From Nemertoderma westbladi (Eukaryota > Animalia > Xenacoelomorpha): a DNA stretch of 47,732 bases. Below the pieces are notes generated by a model. It worked only from the letters and a program-made list of their open reading frames with translations. It was not told the origin of the DNA and made no database searches. This document shows, in pieces, positions 1-11,839 of this stretch (positions within the stretch are counted from its first letter, which is position 1; the number at the start of each line of letters is the position of its first letter). The stretch is from NCBI GenBank assembly GCA_032718475.1, contig JAUCBJ010009059.1:1-47732 (forward strand), written 5' to 3'. The translations under genes and the position numbers were made by a program.

Positions 1-1793
1 CGGTGGTGTTATACATCAGCCACCCGAGTAGGCGATTCAAAGTATTCGTCGCCAACCGGGTGGACTATATCCGCACCCTAACAGAGGTTAGTGATTGGGG
101 TTACTGTCCAACTGACCAGAACCCAGCTGACCTTGTATCGAGGGGGAGCCTAGAGGTCCCCTTCGAACAGAAAGAAGACCTGTGGCAGCACGGGCCGGCT
201 TTCCTACCCAACAGGAAGGACTGGCCTTTGTTCCCAGAGGCCAATGCATCGGAGCTTCTGAAAGCGGATCCGGAGGTCCGGGTGTGCTCCATGGTGACCA
301 CACCGGCGGTTAGAGACCCCCGGATTGATAGGATCATAGACAAGTCCTCAACGTGGAGGAGGACGATCAACAGGGTGGCTTGGTTCATAGCCTTAGCTAA
401 GTACCGAATAACCAAGACCATACCCGTCAGGTTGCCTCTACAGGAGGCAGAGAGGATGGTAGTGACCTACGTACAGGCCCGAGCTTACCCTGAGGAGTGG
501 AGGAGGCTCAGGGAGGGTAAGCCTGTACAGAAGAGCAGTCCGCTACGAAAGTTAGCACCCCAGTTGGAGGGTGGTATCATGGTAGCATCCGTGGCCCGGT
601 TGGCAAACGCCAAGGATTTCATAGTGGCAAGCCAGCCCATGATATTACCTGCGGGCTCCACGGCCCTGAACCAAGTGGTGTGGCAGACACACTGTGACAT
701 CGCGCATGGGGGTAAGGATGCGACGATTGTGGCGGTGCGTAAACGCTTCACCGCTACTGGACTCAGGCAAACCGTGAGGAAGATCCTCAGCGGTTGCATT
801 AAATGTAAGAAAATATGGCATAGACGGCTAGAACAGCTGATGGCGCCGCTACCGAAAGATAGGGTGACGGCGGGACTCGTGCCGTTCCACCACACAGGAG
901 TGGATATGTTCGGCCCCATCGATTTATACGTTCGATGGACTCGACGAGTACTCAAGACCATGCGAAAGGGGTACGGAATAATATTCGTCTGCTACGCCAC
1001 GAGGGCCATAGCACTCGAACTAGTACCAGACGCTTCAGCGGCGGCGTTTCTCAACGCACTGCGGCGCTTTATCGCGCGCCGAGGTGAACCGAAGAAGATC
1101 TCCTCGGACAACGGAACCAACTTCGTCGGTGCTGAACACGAACTAGAAGGAGCACAACAGGCCTTCGTCAAGGGGACGGTGGAGAAGACCCAAGAACTGG
1201 GAATCGAGTGGTCGTTTCACACACCCTATGCCCCTCATATGTCCGGTGTTTGGGAGGCTATGGTGGGCGTGGTGAAACGCCACATTCAGGCCGTTACACA
1301 CGGACACGTAGTGACAGAAGACGCGATGAGAACCATCTTCGCCGAGGTCGAAACCATTGTTAACGGACGACCCCTGGTGGCTACCACCGATGACCCGAAG
1401 TCACTGGAGGCCCTCACGCCAAACCACTTGTTGGGTGTAGGCCCAGTAACTGTCCGAGACCCGTTGGGAGAGATCGGCGAGGGAGACTTACGCAACCCAT
1501 ATATCGTCGCTCAGCGGTGTAAGAACGAGTATTGGAACCGCTGGGTACGAGAGTACCTACCCACGTTAAGACAGAGGAGAAAGTGGAACAAAGAGTACCG
1601 CGATCTACAGTTGGGAGACCTTGTCATTGTGACCGATGACACATTACAGAAGGGAGACTGGGACATGGCTCGTGTGGTTAGGACCCACGACAGCGAGGAT
1701 GGTCACGTTCGCACCGTGAGTCTACGGAAGGCTTCAGGGAAGGTCTATCGTCGACCAGTCAACAAGTGTTGCCTCCTTGAGGCAGCACACTAA
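1..1793 (+). mobile_element. BEL/Pao LTR retrotransposon pol, 3' part (end of RNase H/Pao domain, HHCC zinc finger, DDE integrase, C-terminal DUF5641-like domain); runs off the left edge of the window
   Basis: Open frame of 596 aa with Pao-typical motifs FVANRV, NPADLVSRG and LWQHGPAFL; HCDIAH...CIKC zinc finger; integrase core GVDMFGP / SDNGTNF / GVWEAMV; tail LTPNHLL, WVREYLPTL, GHVRTVSLR, YRRPVNK. Confidence 0.95.
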
Positions 1794-2602
1794 CCTAATA
1801 ACGTGACTTTAGTCGCGACGACCCGACTATAAATACGTGGCGTCAGGCGATTCGCAGTAATACCAGTGAATAATAAACTGATAATACCTTATTTACCTTT
1901 AGTGTGTTTATAATATTATTTTATATCAAATTGGCCTAGTTGGCTTACTTACTACAACTGTAAGACTTATATGTAAATGATTTATTGATTACCGTGCAAT
2001 CACACGAATTTGTAATTTCAATAATAATAATAATAGATAGCACACAGCACCATCCATAATTACGTAATATCCTAAAATACTAAATGTAACCTAGATAGTT
2101 TGTAATGTAGGGGGAATTCGTGGTACAATACACTTATTACAAAGGTTTAACTCCCAACCTTTTACTAGCTAACTGTAATAACAATTACTGTACAACTGAG
2201 ACCTTGTTCTTACAGGAAACAATATATATATCTATTGATTATACGATATTAGTATACGTGGAAGATACTGCCGTGACCAAGGCTACCGAGAGTATACGGC
2301 TGGCAACCTCGAAATCGAGCAACCCAGCAAACTCTAAACTCCGTTGCCTCTTCAGGCACTTAGTGCGCGAGTAGCGTCATGTCGGACGACAGCGGCACGT
2401 ACACCTTCTGGGCCGGAACGAGATCCTTCCGGCGCCTATCCACGGACCAACAGGGATATAAGCTGCAGACATCGCTTATGCACAGATTCGACAGACTGAG
2501 ACACTACACCGGGACCTACTACCTCGAACACGTGGTAAAATACCACAGGGAGGTGGAGGACCAGAAGAGGAGGATTATCAACTGACCGTTACAAAGACGG
2601 CG

Positions 2603-2720
2603 TTATTTGACTGCACCTTACGGGAGATTTAACTGCATTTTACGAGAGTTATTTGACTGCACCTTACGGGAGATTTAACTGTATTTTACGAGAGTTATTT
2701 GACTGCACCTCACGAGAGAA
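2603..2720. repeat. Short tandem duplication, ~46-bp unit x ~2.5 (TTATTTGACTGCACCTTACGGGAGATTTAACTGCATTTTACGAGAG)
   Basis: Direct repeats read in the sequence. Confidence 0.85.
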
Positions 2721-3027
2721 CCGAGACTATACGTCACGCTGTACATATTTACAAGCCACACCTTGCAATGCCCGATGCAATACTTGCATTTTTTTGTTCC
2801 ATTTGATCCATGTAGGTACGCACCACCGAATGATTACAATGTTTATGGAGTAAACCGTCTATAAGTATCCACCATTGGCTGTTTCGGGGAGCTCACGGGG
2901 GGGGGGGGGGGGGGGGGGGTGTGCGAGTGTGTATGCGTTATTACGGGTGGATAGTTCAACACAGTTTACAGAGTGGTGTGATTTGGTTAACTTAGTATTT
3001 AGAGTGTATGTGTGTACGTACGTGTGT

Positions 3028-4734
3028 ATGAAAGTTACGTATAACAGTCACACAGCAGTGGGTGAAGCAGATAGGCCTATATCGGTACCGGTACAGCAGC
3101 ATGACTATAATACACAGGGACATAACGTATATCCAGGGGAGGGGAGAGTTATTGCTGATAGATGTATGGGCCCCAATATATTAACATCAACCCCAGTACC
3201 AAACATACCGGTGGGGGGGGGGGGGGGGGGGGGGCAGGGTGACATTCCCCCATTACAATATCAACAATATACTCGAACAGCAACGAGAACACCGAACCCC
3301 CTGGACGAAAACAGGTCGTGCGACACAGAAATATGGAGGGGGCCGTTACCCCCAATGATATATCCGACGCAACAAATAAAATCAACAACAGATAGGACGA
3401 ACGGACCACACCCAATAGGAGAGTCTGTACAACATCCATCGAAACCATTGGAAGCGCAAGCGATGGGAATGGCCACATTAATCGATGCATTAAAGACCAG
3501 GATCGAGTTACCACCAGTTGAGCCATTTAAATTCGATGGAAGTAGGCCGGAAGAATACCTGCAGTTTCGGCGCATATACAGCAACGAGATATTAAGTAAG
3601 AACTTGACGCAGGCGGAGTGCCTAAAATATCTGCAAGTATATACAGGAGGCCCAGCATACGACATCGTGAGGCAATACCAGGGCATCGAGGGCGGCTTCA
3701 TGACAGCATGGCGGGCGTTAGATAGGGAGTACGGGCACCCAGCCAAGATTATCCGGCAAACCCTGAGAGGCAAAACATCGGGTGGCCTACAGGATAATCC
3801 CGTTAGCATAAAGACCTTTGCGAATAAGGTCGAGAAGGCGTTAATCGTGTTAAAGATGCTAGACGCACCATACGAACTCAACGCGTCTAACAACATCACC
3901 ACGATAGCGCAGGCACTGCCGATCTGGCTGCGGAAAAAGTGGAGGAAGATCGCCTTCTCCACTCGAGAGAAGAAAGGTGCGGAACCGGGCCTAGAAGAAA
4001 TGTCGAGCTTCCTAAACTATGAAGCCGAATTGATAACAGACCCAGTCTATAGTGAGGATAGTTTGGGGAAGGCACCAAAGACCGAATACAACAGGCCTGG
4101 ACCCGAACATAATCCGACGGATCCATTCTCGAGAGTAAGAGAGTCGCTACCACATGCGGCCACACAGGGGGCTACAAGCCCACAGTTAGCTGGGAGTAGG
4201 GCCACACCATGGCAGGGGCAGAAAGAAAATAACACCATAAATAAACATAATCCCAACATACCCAGTAGGCCGAGTACAGACAACAAAAACACTAAATCGG
4301 TACATATAAACCTATGCGCGATACGTGAAGGACTATATAGGGAACGCTATAATCCAGGATTCGAATGTCAATTACATCGGGACGGAACCCATAAGACCAT
4401 GAGTTGTAAGCACTGGCAAGCGTTGCCCAAACAAGATCGTGTAGCCTACACAGACGCAAACGGACTATGTCATCGATGTGTGGTAGAAGGACACAGACCC
4501 GGAGAGTGTAGAGAAACAGCAGCAAGAGAGGAGGAGACTGGAGGCCAAACAATGGCTACAAGCACGTCAGTGGCAAGAGAGAAGAGAAAAGTACTACTCG
4601 GGGTAGTACCAGTGAAGATATCAGGAGAGGGCGGTCGATCAGTAACGACATTAATGCTGGTCGACAGCGGAGCAGCCTTCACGCTGGTGGAGAACTGGGT
4701 GGCCGAAGAGATAGGGGGAAGGAGAGTAGGTTAG
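3028..4734 (+). mobile_element. BEL/Pao gag (DUF1759-like capsid region, two zinc knuckles) fused to the N-terminal half of an aspartic protease, ending at TAG
   Basis: ELPPVEPFKFDG...LKYLQVYTGGPAYDIV...ALDREYG; knuckles CQLHRDGTHKTMSC and CHRCVVEGHRPGEC; protease LGVVPVKI...LVDSGA. First ATG at 3028; the frame is open from 2875. Confidence 0.9.
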
Positions 4735-4755
4735 AAGGCGGCGGGGTATAGGGAG

Positions 4756-5800
4756 CGTGGCATATTGTCATGCCACGAGCAGTAGTAGAGAGGTTGTGGG
4801 CACCGGAAGCGCCACGTAGATAGATGTAGTAGAGTAGTAGAGAGGGCACACAGGGTGCCAGGTAGTAGAGTTAGAGAGTTAGATGTAGTAGAGTAGTAGA
4901 GAGGGCACATAGGGTGCCAGGTAGTAGAGTTAGAGAGTTAGATGTAGTAGAGTAGTAGAGAGGGCACACAGGGTGCCAGGTAGTAGAGTTAGAGAGTTAG
5001 ATGTAGTAGAGTAGTAGAGAGGGCACATAGGGTGCCAGGTAGTAGAGTTAGAGAGTTAGATGTAGTAGAGTAGTAGAGAGGGCACACAGGGTGCCAGGTA
5101 GTAGAGTTAGAGAGTTAGATGTAGTAGAGTAGTAGAGAGGGCACATAGGGTGCCAGGTAGTAGAGTTAGAGAGTTAGATGTAGTAGAGTAGTAGAGAGGG
5201 CACACAGGGTGCCAGGTAGTAGAGTTAGAGAGTTAGATGTAGTAGAGTAGTAGAGAGGGCACATAGGGTGCCAGGTAGTAGAGTTAGAGAGTTAGATGTA
5301 GTAGAGTAGTAGAGAGGGCACATAGGGTGCCAGGTAGTAGGGTAGTAGAGAGGGCACATAGGGTGCCAGGTAGTAGAGCTAGAGAGTTAGAGGTAGTAGA
5401 AGTAGTAGTGGAGTGGTTGTGGGCACCGCAAGCGCCACGTAGACGGAAGTTAGTAGTAAGCAGAGTGGTTGTGGGCACCGCAAGCGCCACGTAGAAAGTA
5501 GAAAGGAGTAGACTAAGTAGAGTTAGAGTTAGTAGAGAGTTAGAGGGTTTTAGTTAGAGGTAGTAGCAGATGGGTTGTGGGCACCCTAAGCGCCACGTAG
5601 TTAGAAGAGTTGGTAAGAGTTAGAGAGAGTTAGTAGAAGTAGAGAGTTAGTAGCAGAGTAGAAGTAGTAGTAGAGTGGTTGTGGGCACCACAAGCGCCAC
5701 GTAAATAAAGGTAGCAGAGAGTAGAGTTAGTGGTTAGTAGAGTTAGAGTTAGAGTTAGTAGGCTTAGAGTTAGATAGTTAGCAAGTAAGTAGTAGGTAGA
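4756..5800 (+). repeat. Purine-rich, C-poor repeat region with a 59-bp tandem unit (~9 copies, 4823-5340) and dispersed GC hairpin motifs
   Basis: Unit GATGTAGTAGAGTAGTAGAGAGGGCACA(C/T)AGGGTGCCAGGTAGTAGAGTTAGAGAGTTA, plus five copies of GGTTGTGGGCACCNNAAGCGCCACGTA. Confidence 0.92.
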
Positions 5801-6169
5801 TAGTATGATAGCACAGGGGTAGCATTAGAGATTAGGGCCTTAGGGAGTGGTAGAAGAGGAGTATGGAGAGAAGTTAGAGTGCGATTCAGGTGTGGGGAGA
5901 GTGTAAGAGTGGGGAGAGAGTAAGAGGGGAGTTAGAGCGGAGTTAGTTAGAGTGGCGAGAGTGTTGGGGAAACAAAAATTGTGTGAGAGAAGCGCACGAT
6001 CGGCCCGACACGAGACGCCAGAGGGTAGTGACATCATACCCATAGGGAGCGGCCTGGAAAGCCGACTCCAAGAAAATAACACCACCCCACACCCGATAAT
6101 AGATCGAGTTCCAGCGGAATTGAAGCGCACTTAGTGGTTGATGCTATCTTCTCACCGGGAAGATAGCAT

Positions 6170-6178
6170 GGGGGGGAG
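6170..6178 (+). other. Polypurine tract (GGGGGGGAG) immediately 5' of the LTR
   Basis: Abuts the TG start of the LTR; typical BEL/Pao PPT. Confidence 0.75.
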
Positions 6179-6777
6179 TGTGAGCGGATTCAATTCCGCC
6201 TCACCAAACCCCCATAAAGTGGGAAAGAGCGCCTCTAAGCAATATTGGGAGCACGAGGTTGATTACCAATCAACCTCGTGTCACCCCAGTAAACGGGGAC
6301 AATAGGCCCCAGAGAACACACACACAATAGGGGTCAGGGGTTACACCCCTGAGAGAGAGGAAAGTAACAGCAGCGGGGGGGGGGGGGGGGGGGGGGGAAA
6401 CACCCCCGCAGGGCAGAGGGTGTGAAGTGGTTATTAGCCAATGGGGGGAAGGCATCGGCTGAGTAGGATAATGCGGCCAACCGTGCAGTATAATATTACC
6501 GGTAACTGTGTTACTTGCTCAGTTTACTCAGTCAGTTCAGTTAGGGTGGAATGGTGATTTCTATCACCGTCCGCTACCGCCACTATATGTAATACCTATT
6601 TACCGGTACATCTTTGCTGACTTTAACCCTGATTAATTGTGCTTATATCATATTACCATATACCTTCATATCAATCAAGAACTTTGGAACCCTTAAAGAA
6701 CCTTTTCACACACACGGCGGGGACGCGTAGATAGGAAAACCCACACGGATAAATCGGGGTCCACGGATCCCGTCACA
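6179..6777 (+). mobile_element. 3' LTR (599 bp) of a BEL/Pao element
   Basis: Starts TGTGAGCGGAT and ends ATCCCGTCACA (imperfect terminal inverted repeat, TG...CA). Preceded by the PPT, followed by TAGAG rather than a TGG PBS, then AT-rich host DNA. Confidence 0.75.
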
Positions 6778-7679
6778 TAGAGTGAGCGCAACAAGGACCC
6801 TTAAACATGAATTAATTATTCAATTTCATATTGTAATTTTTATGAATATTAATGACATTGAAATACTTATTATGCAATTAATTGCAGTTACTATAACAAC
6901 TGTACCAGAAAAAATCTTTACACTTAGCGTACAATGCCTGGAGAATACTCGTGTTCTAGAAATTTATTGTCACTAAGCTAGTATTTACTCTGCTGCATTA
7001 CGAGCATATCACCAGAAGAACTCTGATAAGTTGACATAACGTAAAAAATGGATGAAATGTATTTTATATTTCGAAATGTTAATTGTTAAAGGTTAATTGA
7101 TCCGAAGATCAATTAACTATGGTAACTATGGTAACAATGGTAATCAATTACAGAAGAATCAGAACTTAGCAAAATAAAAGTGCTACGACCATGAACGGCT
7201 AGTCTGTTCTGCAGCAATTTATTGAACAATTAATACGCAGATTGGGTTATATTAGGGTTAATTAATGTCTCGTCATTACATTGCATTCCCCCGTAATTAA
7301 ACATGAGAAAGGAACGAATTCTGTTGCCAGTAGGAATGGAGAAGGCTTAATGTATTCATTACAAAGGTGTCGTATTCCTTTCATTCTGTATTCCATCCAA
7401 CCTTCAGGGCATCACCATAGTTACTTTTGTGCCGAGTTACATGATTGGGAAAAAATTCCTTTACAAAGTTGGGGGATCTCATTATTAAGTCAGGCAATTA
7501 TCATTAGCAAGGTAGATCACTCCCAGTGAGCCTGCATCCCCCGAAATGTTAGAATATTAGAGGAGCTAAAAATGCCATTGGGTCCTGCGCTCCAGAAAAG
7601 TAAACCTGATCTATAAAAATTATTTATAGTAAATGATAAATAAATAAATTTTGTCTACTTTATATTAACGCTTCGATGA

Positions 7680-7894
7680 CATTGGTACACCTTGGGTACC
7701 CATTGGTACACCTTGGGTACCCATTGGTATACCTTGGGTACCCATTGGTACAACTTGGGTACCCATTGGTACACCTTTGGTACCCATTGGTACACCTTGG
7801 GTACCCATTGATACACCTTGGGTACCCATTGATACACCTTGAGTACCCATTGGTACACCTTGAGTACCCATTGGTACACCTTGGGTACCCATTG
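7680..7894. repeat. 21-bp minisatellite (CATTGGTACACCTTGGGTACC) x ~10
   Basis: Direct tandem repeats containing the GGGTACCC palindrome. Confidence 0.95.
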
Positions 7895-8759
7895 ACCAGA
7901 TTTTTTGTACAGCTAGTTTTTGCTATTTTTTTATAAATGTTATAGAACTCGTGTTAGATATCAATTTTGATAAATATTTTTGTCCTAGAACACACTTTTT
8001 TGTTCTAGAACATTTTTTGAAAAAAAAAAATAAATAGTACAGGAATCATCATACAACCCTTATTAAAAAAAAATATTCATTTAAATGATTACACCTCCTA
8101 GAAACTGCAGTATTTTGAATCTAGAACTCAACACACAAACATACAGTTGTGTTTGATGTTCTAAATAAGTTTTATTTTTTTAATATCTATAAAAAGTACT
8201 AGCTAACACAAAATCAAAATTACTAGCTACCATCTTACTGACAGAATGCAAAATATTTGTTCTAGAACAAAAAACTCATGATAATAGCCATTTTCACAAG
8301 AAAAAATTATAAAAAATTGTTCAAATTTAAAATTTTTTCACAATCTAGAAAAAGTACTAGCTAACACAACATCATAATTGTAAAATTGTAATAAAGTGTA
8401 ACAAAGCCGCTTCGCCGACATCCGACAACCGACAACTGACAGCCGACAATAATTTTAAACTCTAAGTGACAGGAGCATATTACGGTATCACTACCGTACA
8501 TGTACACCAAATCTTTATTTTTTAAATGTGTCTTTAATGGTTTATGCGTTTATTAATGTCCAAGGAAATTGAATTTTCTAGAATATTCGAATTTCTACAG
8601 CTAAGATTTGACTTTTGCCCAACAACTAGCTGAGTTTCGTTGGAAGCTTCTACACAAAGAAATCTTATTTTCTGCTATGTTGGATTTGATCAGAAAATAT
8701 TACCCGCTGTCTGCTAGTAGTGAAGGTGTAGTAATACCGTCTGCTAAATAATAAATATT

Positions 8760-9510
8760 TATTTATTTTTATTTATTCAGACTAGCCTTTATCCCAATAA
8801 GGGTCATGGCAATACATACATACGTAATGAACAGTAATTATACCTACAGTATAAATGTTCAAGAGTTTACGGCCAACCAATAAAGCATAGGTACTAAATA
8901 GGCCTACAGATACACAAAACAATGAAAACCAGATCTAAACGGAATTACCTACTGTAATGCAAAGCAAATTGAATAAGATAAAATAAGTGACATGAGAAGG
9001 AAGTTGGGCCGCACACTGGTTACACGTAGTTGGATTACGAATTTGGGTTACAGGGAGATCGAAATGCTTTAAATTTAGAAGTTCGTATTTATTTAGGAGT
9101 TCGTACACTTCGTATTAATTTAGAAGTTCGTATTAATTTAGAAGTTCGTAGGCCGTATTGAGTAATTATACTAGAAGGTTATTAGTTGTTCTGTCATCAC
9201 ATTTCAATATGCTATATAATTTCATATTATTATCAAAATTATTTAAAAGTAAATTAGTCGTTGTATCTAAGCTTGTAAATAGTTTTTCTCGTTGATTATT
9301 AAATTTGGGGCACTTAATTACAATGTGTTTCTCATCCTCTATTGACTCATCACTACACAATCTACTTTCCAGGGGGGTTTTATCATAACGGCCTAAAGGT
9401 GTGATTGCTGATTCTAAACCGTGTTAATATTTGGCGTGTTTTAAATTGCATATTGGTCAAGTATTATTATATAAAAAAAATACAGTATATTACTAGTACA
9501 GTAAATTACG
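8760..9510 (-). mobile_element. 5'-truncated non-LTR retrotransposon (LINE) 3' fragment with an (AATA)n-type tail
   Basis: Minus-strand translation with a frameshift: ILTRFRISNHT..GRYDKTPLESRLCSDESIEDEKHIVIKCPKF, the C-terminal Cys/His motif of APE-type LINE ORF2. Tail at ~8760-8778. Absent from the paralogous inverted copy at ~11895. Confidence 0.75.
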
Positions 9511-11101
9511 AATATTATACAGTATACGTATTCTAAGCATATCATTAATTTCTGAATTTAATGACCTCAATACAGTGAATTTTTTAATTTTAATTAGCTA
9601 TTAAAAAAATACTAGCTAACACCCCCCCCCCCCCCCCCCGCCCACTTTTTGACCATTTATTTGACCATGTTAATGGCTATTATCATGAGGGTTTTTGTTT
9701 TAGAACATAAATATCATCTTCTGTGAGACGTTAGCTGGTGTTTTTTTTTATGGTAGCTAGTGTTTTTAAAATTACAAAACCAAATTTTTGGTACCTAATT
9801 TTTGATCAATTTTTCACCATGTTGATGGATATTATCATGATGCTTAAAATTACAAAAGAAAATTTGTAGTGCCCCTTTTATTTAGACAATTTCCATATCA
9901 TCAATATATTCTCGAAATGACTAATATAAAGATAAATAAATCAATAAATTTTTTTGGATGCTCTGGAAAGATCAAGAAAATAATATTATTAAACACGAGT
10001 GTTCTGACTGAGTATAATAAAAATGTATATAATTTACATTTCTGAATAGTAAAAACTGTTGCATCTGCCTATATCTTGTATAAAAAACTAGCTAGTGAAT
10101 AATTACAAGCTACTTTGACTATCAAATAAATGTCACTAGCTACCATGACTCATAAATTATTCCAGGCAAATATATAATTGAGAATTAAATTATATCTTAA
10201 TTTTTTTACTACTGTAGCTAATAAATACAGTAGAGTTCTAGCTAACACAAAATCAAAAGTGTACTAGCTACCATCTTACTGTCAGAAGGTCATATTTTTT
10301 TCTAGAACAAAAAACCTCATAATAAAAGCCATTTTAACAAGAAAAAAGTTGGTTAAATTTTTTTTCAATTTTTCAATTATAATAATTTCTTTCACTAGCT
10401 AATAAAAATTTCTAGCTAATACAAAATCAAAATTACTAGCTACCATCTTACTGGCAGAAGGTTAAATATTTGTTCTAGAACAAAAAACCTCATGATAAAA
10501 GCCCTTTTCATATAAAAAAAATTGGTCAAAAAGTGGGTACCCATAACATAGTAATGCCGAAACAAATTCTAAATAAAATTAAAAGAAAAATTTTTATATT
10601 TTTTGAACTGTTCTAGAACAAAAACTATTTGTTCTAGAACTTTTTTTTCTAGTTCTGAATAGCTAACATGTTCTAGAACATTATTAAAAAATGAAAATAG
10701 TACATTAATTTTTGATTTTTTTTTAATTGTTCTAGAACAAAATATATTTTTTCTAGAACATATATATATATATATTTTTTAATAGCTAACATGTTCTAGA
10801 ACATGTTTATAAAAAGAAATAGCAAAAACTAGCTAGTAAAAAAATTTGAGGGGGTGCACCTATAAGTTAGTGCCGTTACGTTTTGGAGACATGGTAGCTA
10901 GTATTTTTGTACTACTGTAACTCATTCGAACAATATATACCGGTACAATTATGATAAAGAAAAAAAATAATAATTGCACATTAATAAACGCATAAACCAT
11001 TAAAAACACATTTAATAAAGATAATAAAGATTTGGTGTACATGTACGTTAGTGATACTAGTATTTTTTTAATAGCAAATTAAAATTAAAAAATTCACTGT
11101 A

Positions 11102-11839
11102 CACCATGTCCCAGAATATAGTGTCGTAATTCAGTGACACGCCCCCCCCCCCTAATTTTTTTACAAATCGTAATGAGATTGCATGACATTTGAAACAGAG
11201 ATATTTTCACCTCACGACCACTGACTGGGTGAGCCAGAATTTTTATTTTTGCTTTCAATCTTTAGCTACATGCGTTTAAAAAAAGTGTCTCCAGCGATAT
11301 TACACCAGTTACACCGCAGTTATTCTTAAACCTTATAGTGATTTGTTGGTACTGATGGAAAGCTGACCGCGCAAGGATTCCAAATATGTAACACAATTTG
11401 AATTTCGTTGAAAAATAGCGGAGATATGGGCGTTCAAATTTTGCATGGTTATGCACCTGCGCGAGGCTATTATATTCTATTTAATAAATACATCATAATC
11501 TGGAATATTTTGTTTATCCAAATACGTAGCTGGGCAACAATGCATTACATATTTAATCATTCTATTACGTAGCTATTCATACATTTAAAAAATGTTCCAG
11601 AATATGGTTTATTTATTAAGTAGAATAAAATAGCCTCGCGTCGTTACAAAACCATGCAACATTTAACGCTCATATCTCAGCTATTTTTCAACGAAATTCA
11701 AATTGTGTTACATATTTGGAATCATTGCATGGCCAGCTTTCCATTGGCACCAACAAACAGCTATAAGGTAGAAGAACAAATGCGGTGTAACTGAATTACG
11801 TGGCACCCGAATTACGACACTATATTCTGGGACATGGTG
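11102..11839. mobile_element. MITE, Tc1/mariner-type (TA TSD), 738 bp
   Basis: 31-bp perfect TIRs CACCATGTCCCAGAATATAGTGTCGTAATTC; TA on both flanks (11100-11101, 11840-11841); the empty site with a single TA is seen in the paralog at ~9570. Confidence 0.9.

Noticed and set aside
2101-2125. AGGGGGAA as PPT of an LTR between integrase and gag
   Set aside because: Not followed by TG, no similarity to the 6179-6777 LTR, and no CA end plus PBS found before gag.
88-4682. Antisense ORFs over the BEL/Pao genes (e.g. 485-961, 3261-3962)
   Set aside because: Shadow ORFs of GC-rich coding sequence with no recognisable motifs.
4732-4820. Stop-codon readthrough or frameshift signal after gag-PR
   Set aside because: A hairpin follows the TAG, but all frames close within ~90 nt and no pol sequence lies downstream.
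7281-7620. Possible exon in a GC-richer patch
   Set aside because: No recognisable domain in the frames I read and no match to GPCR TM motifs.
7655-7936. Repetitive ORFs (YQWVPKV)n / (MGTQGVP)n
   Set aside because: Translations of the 21-bp minisatellite.
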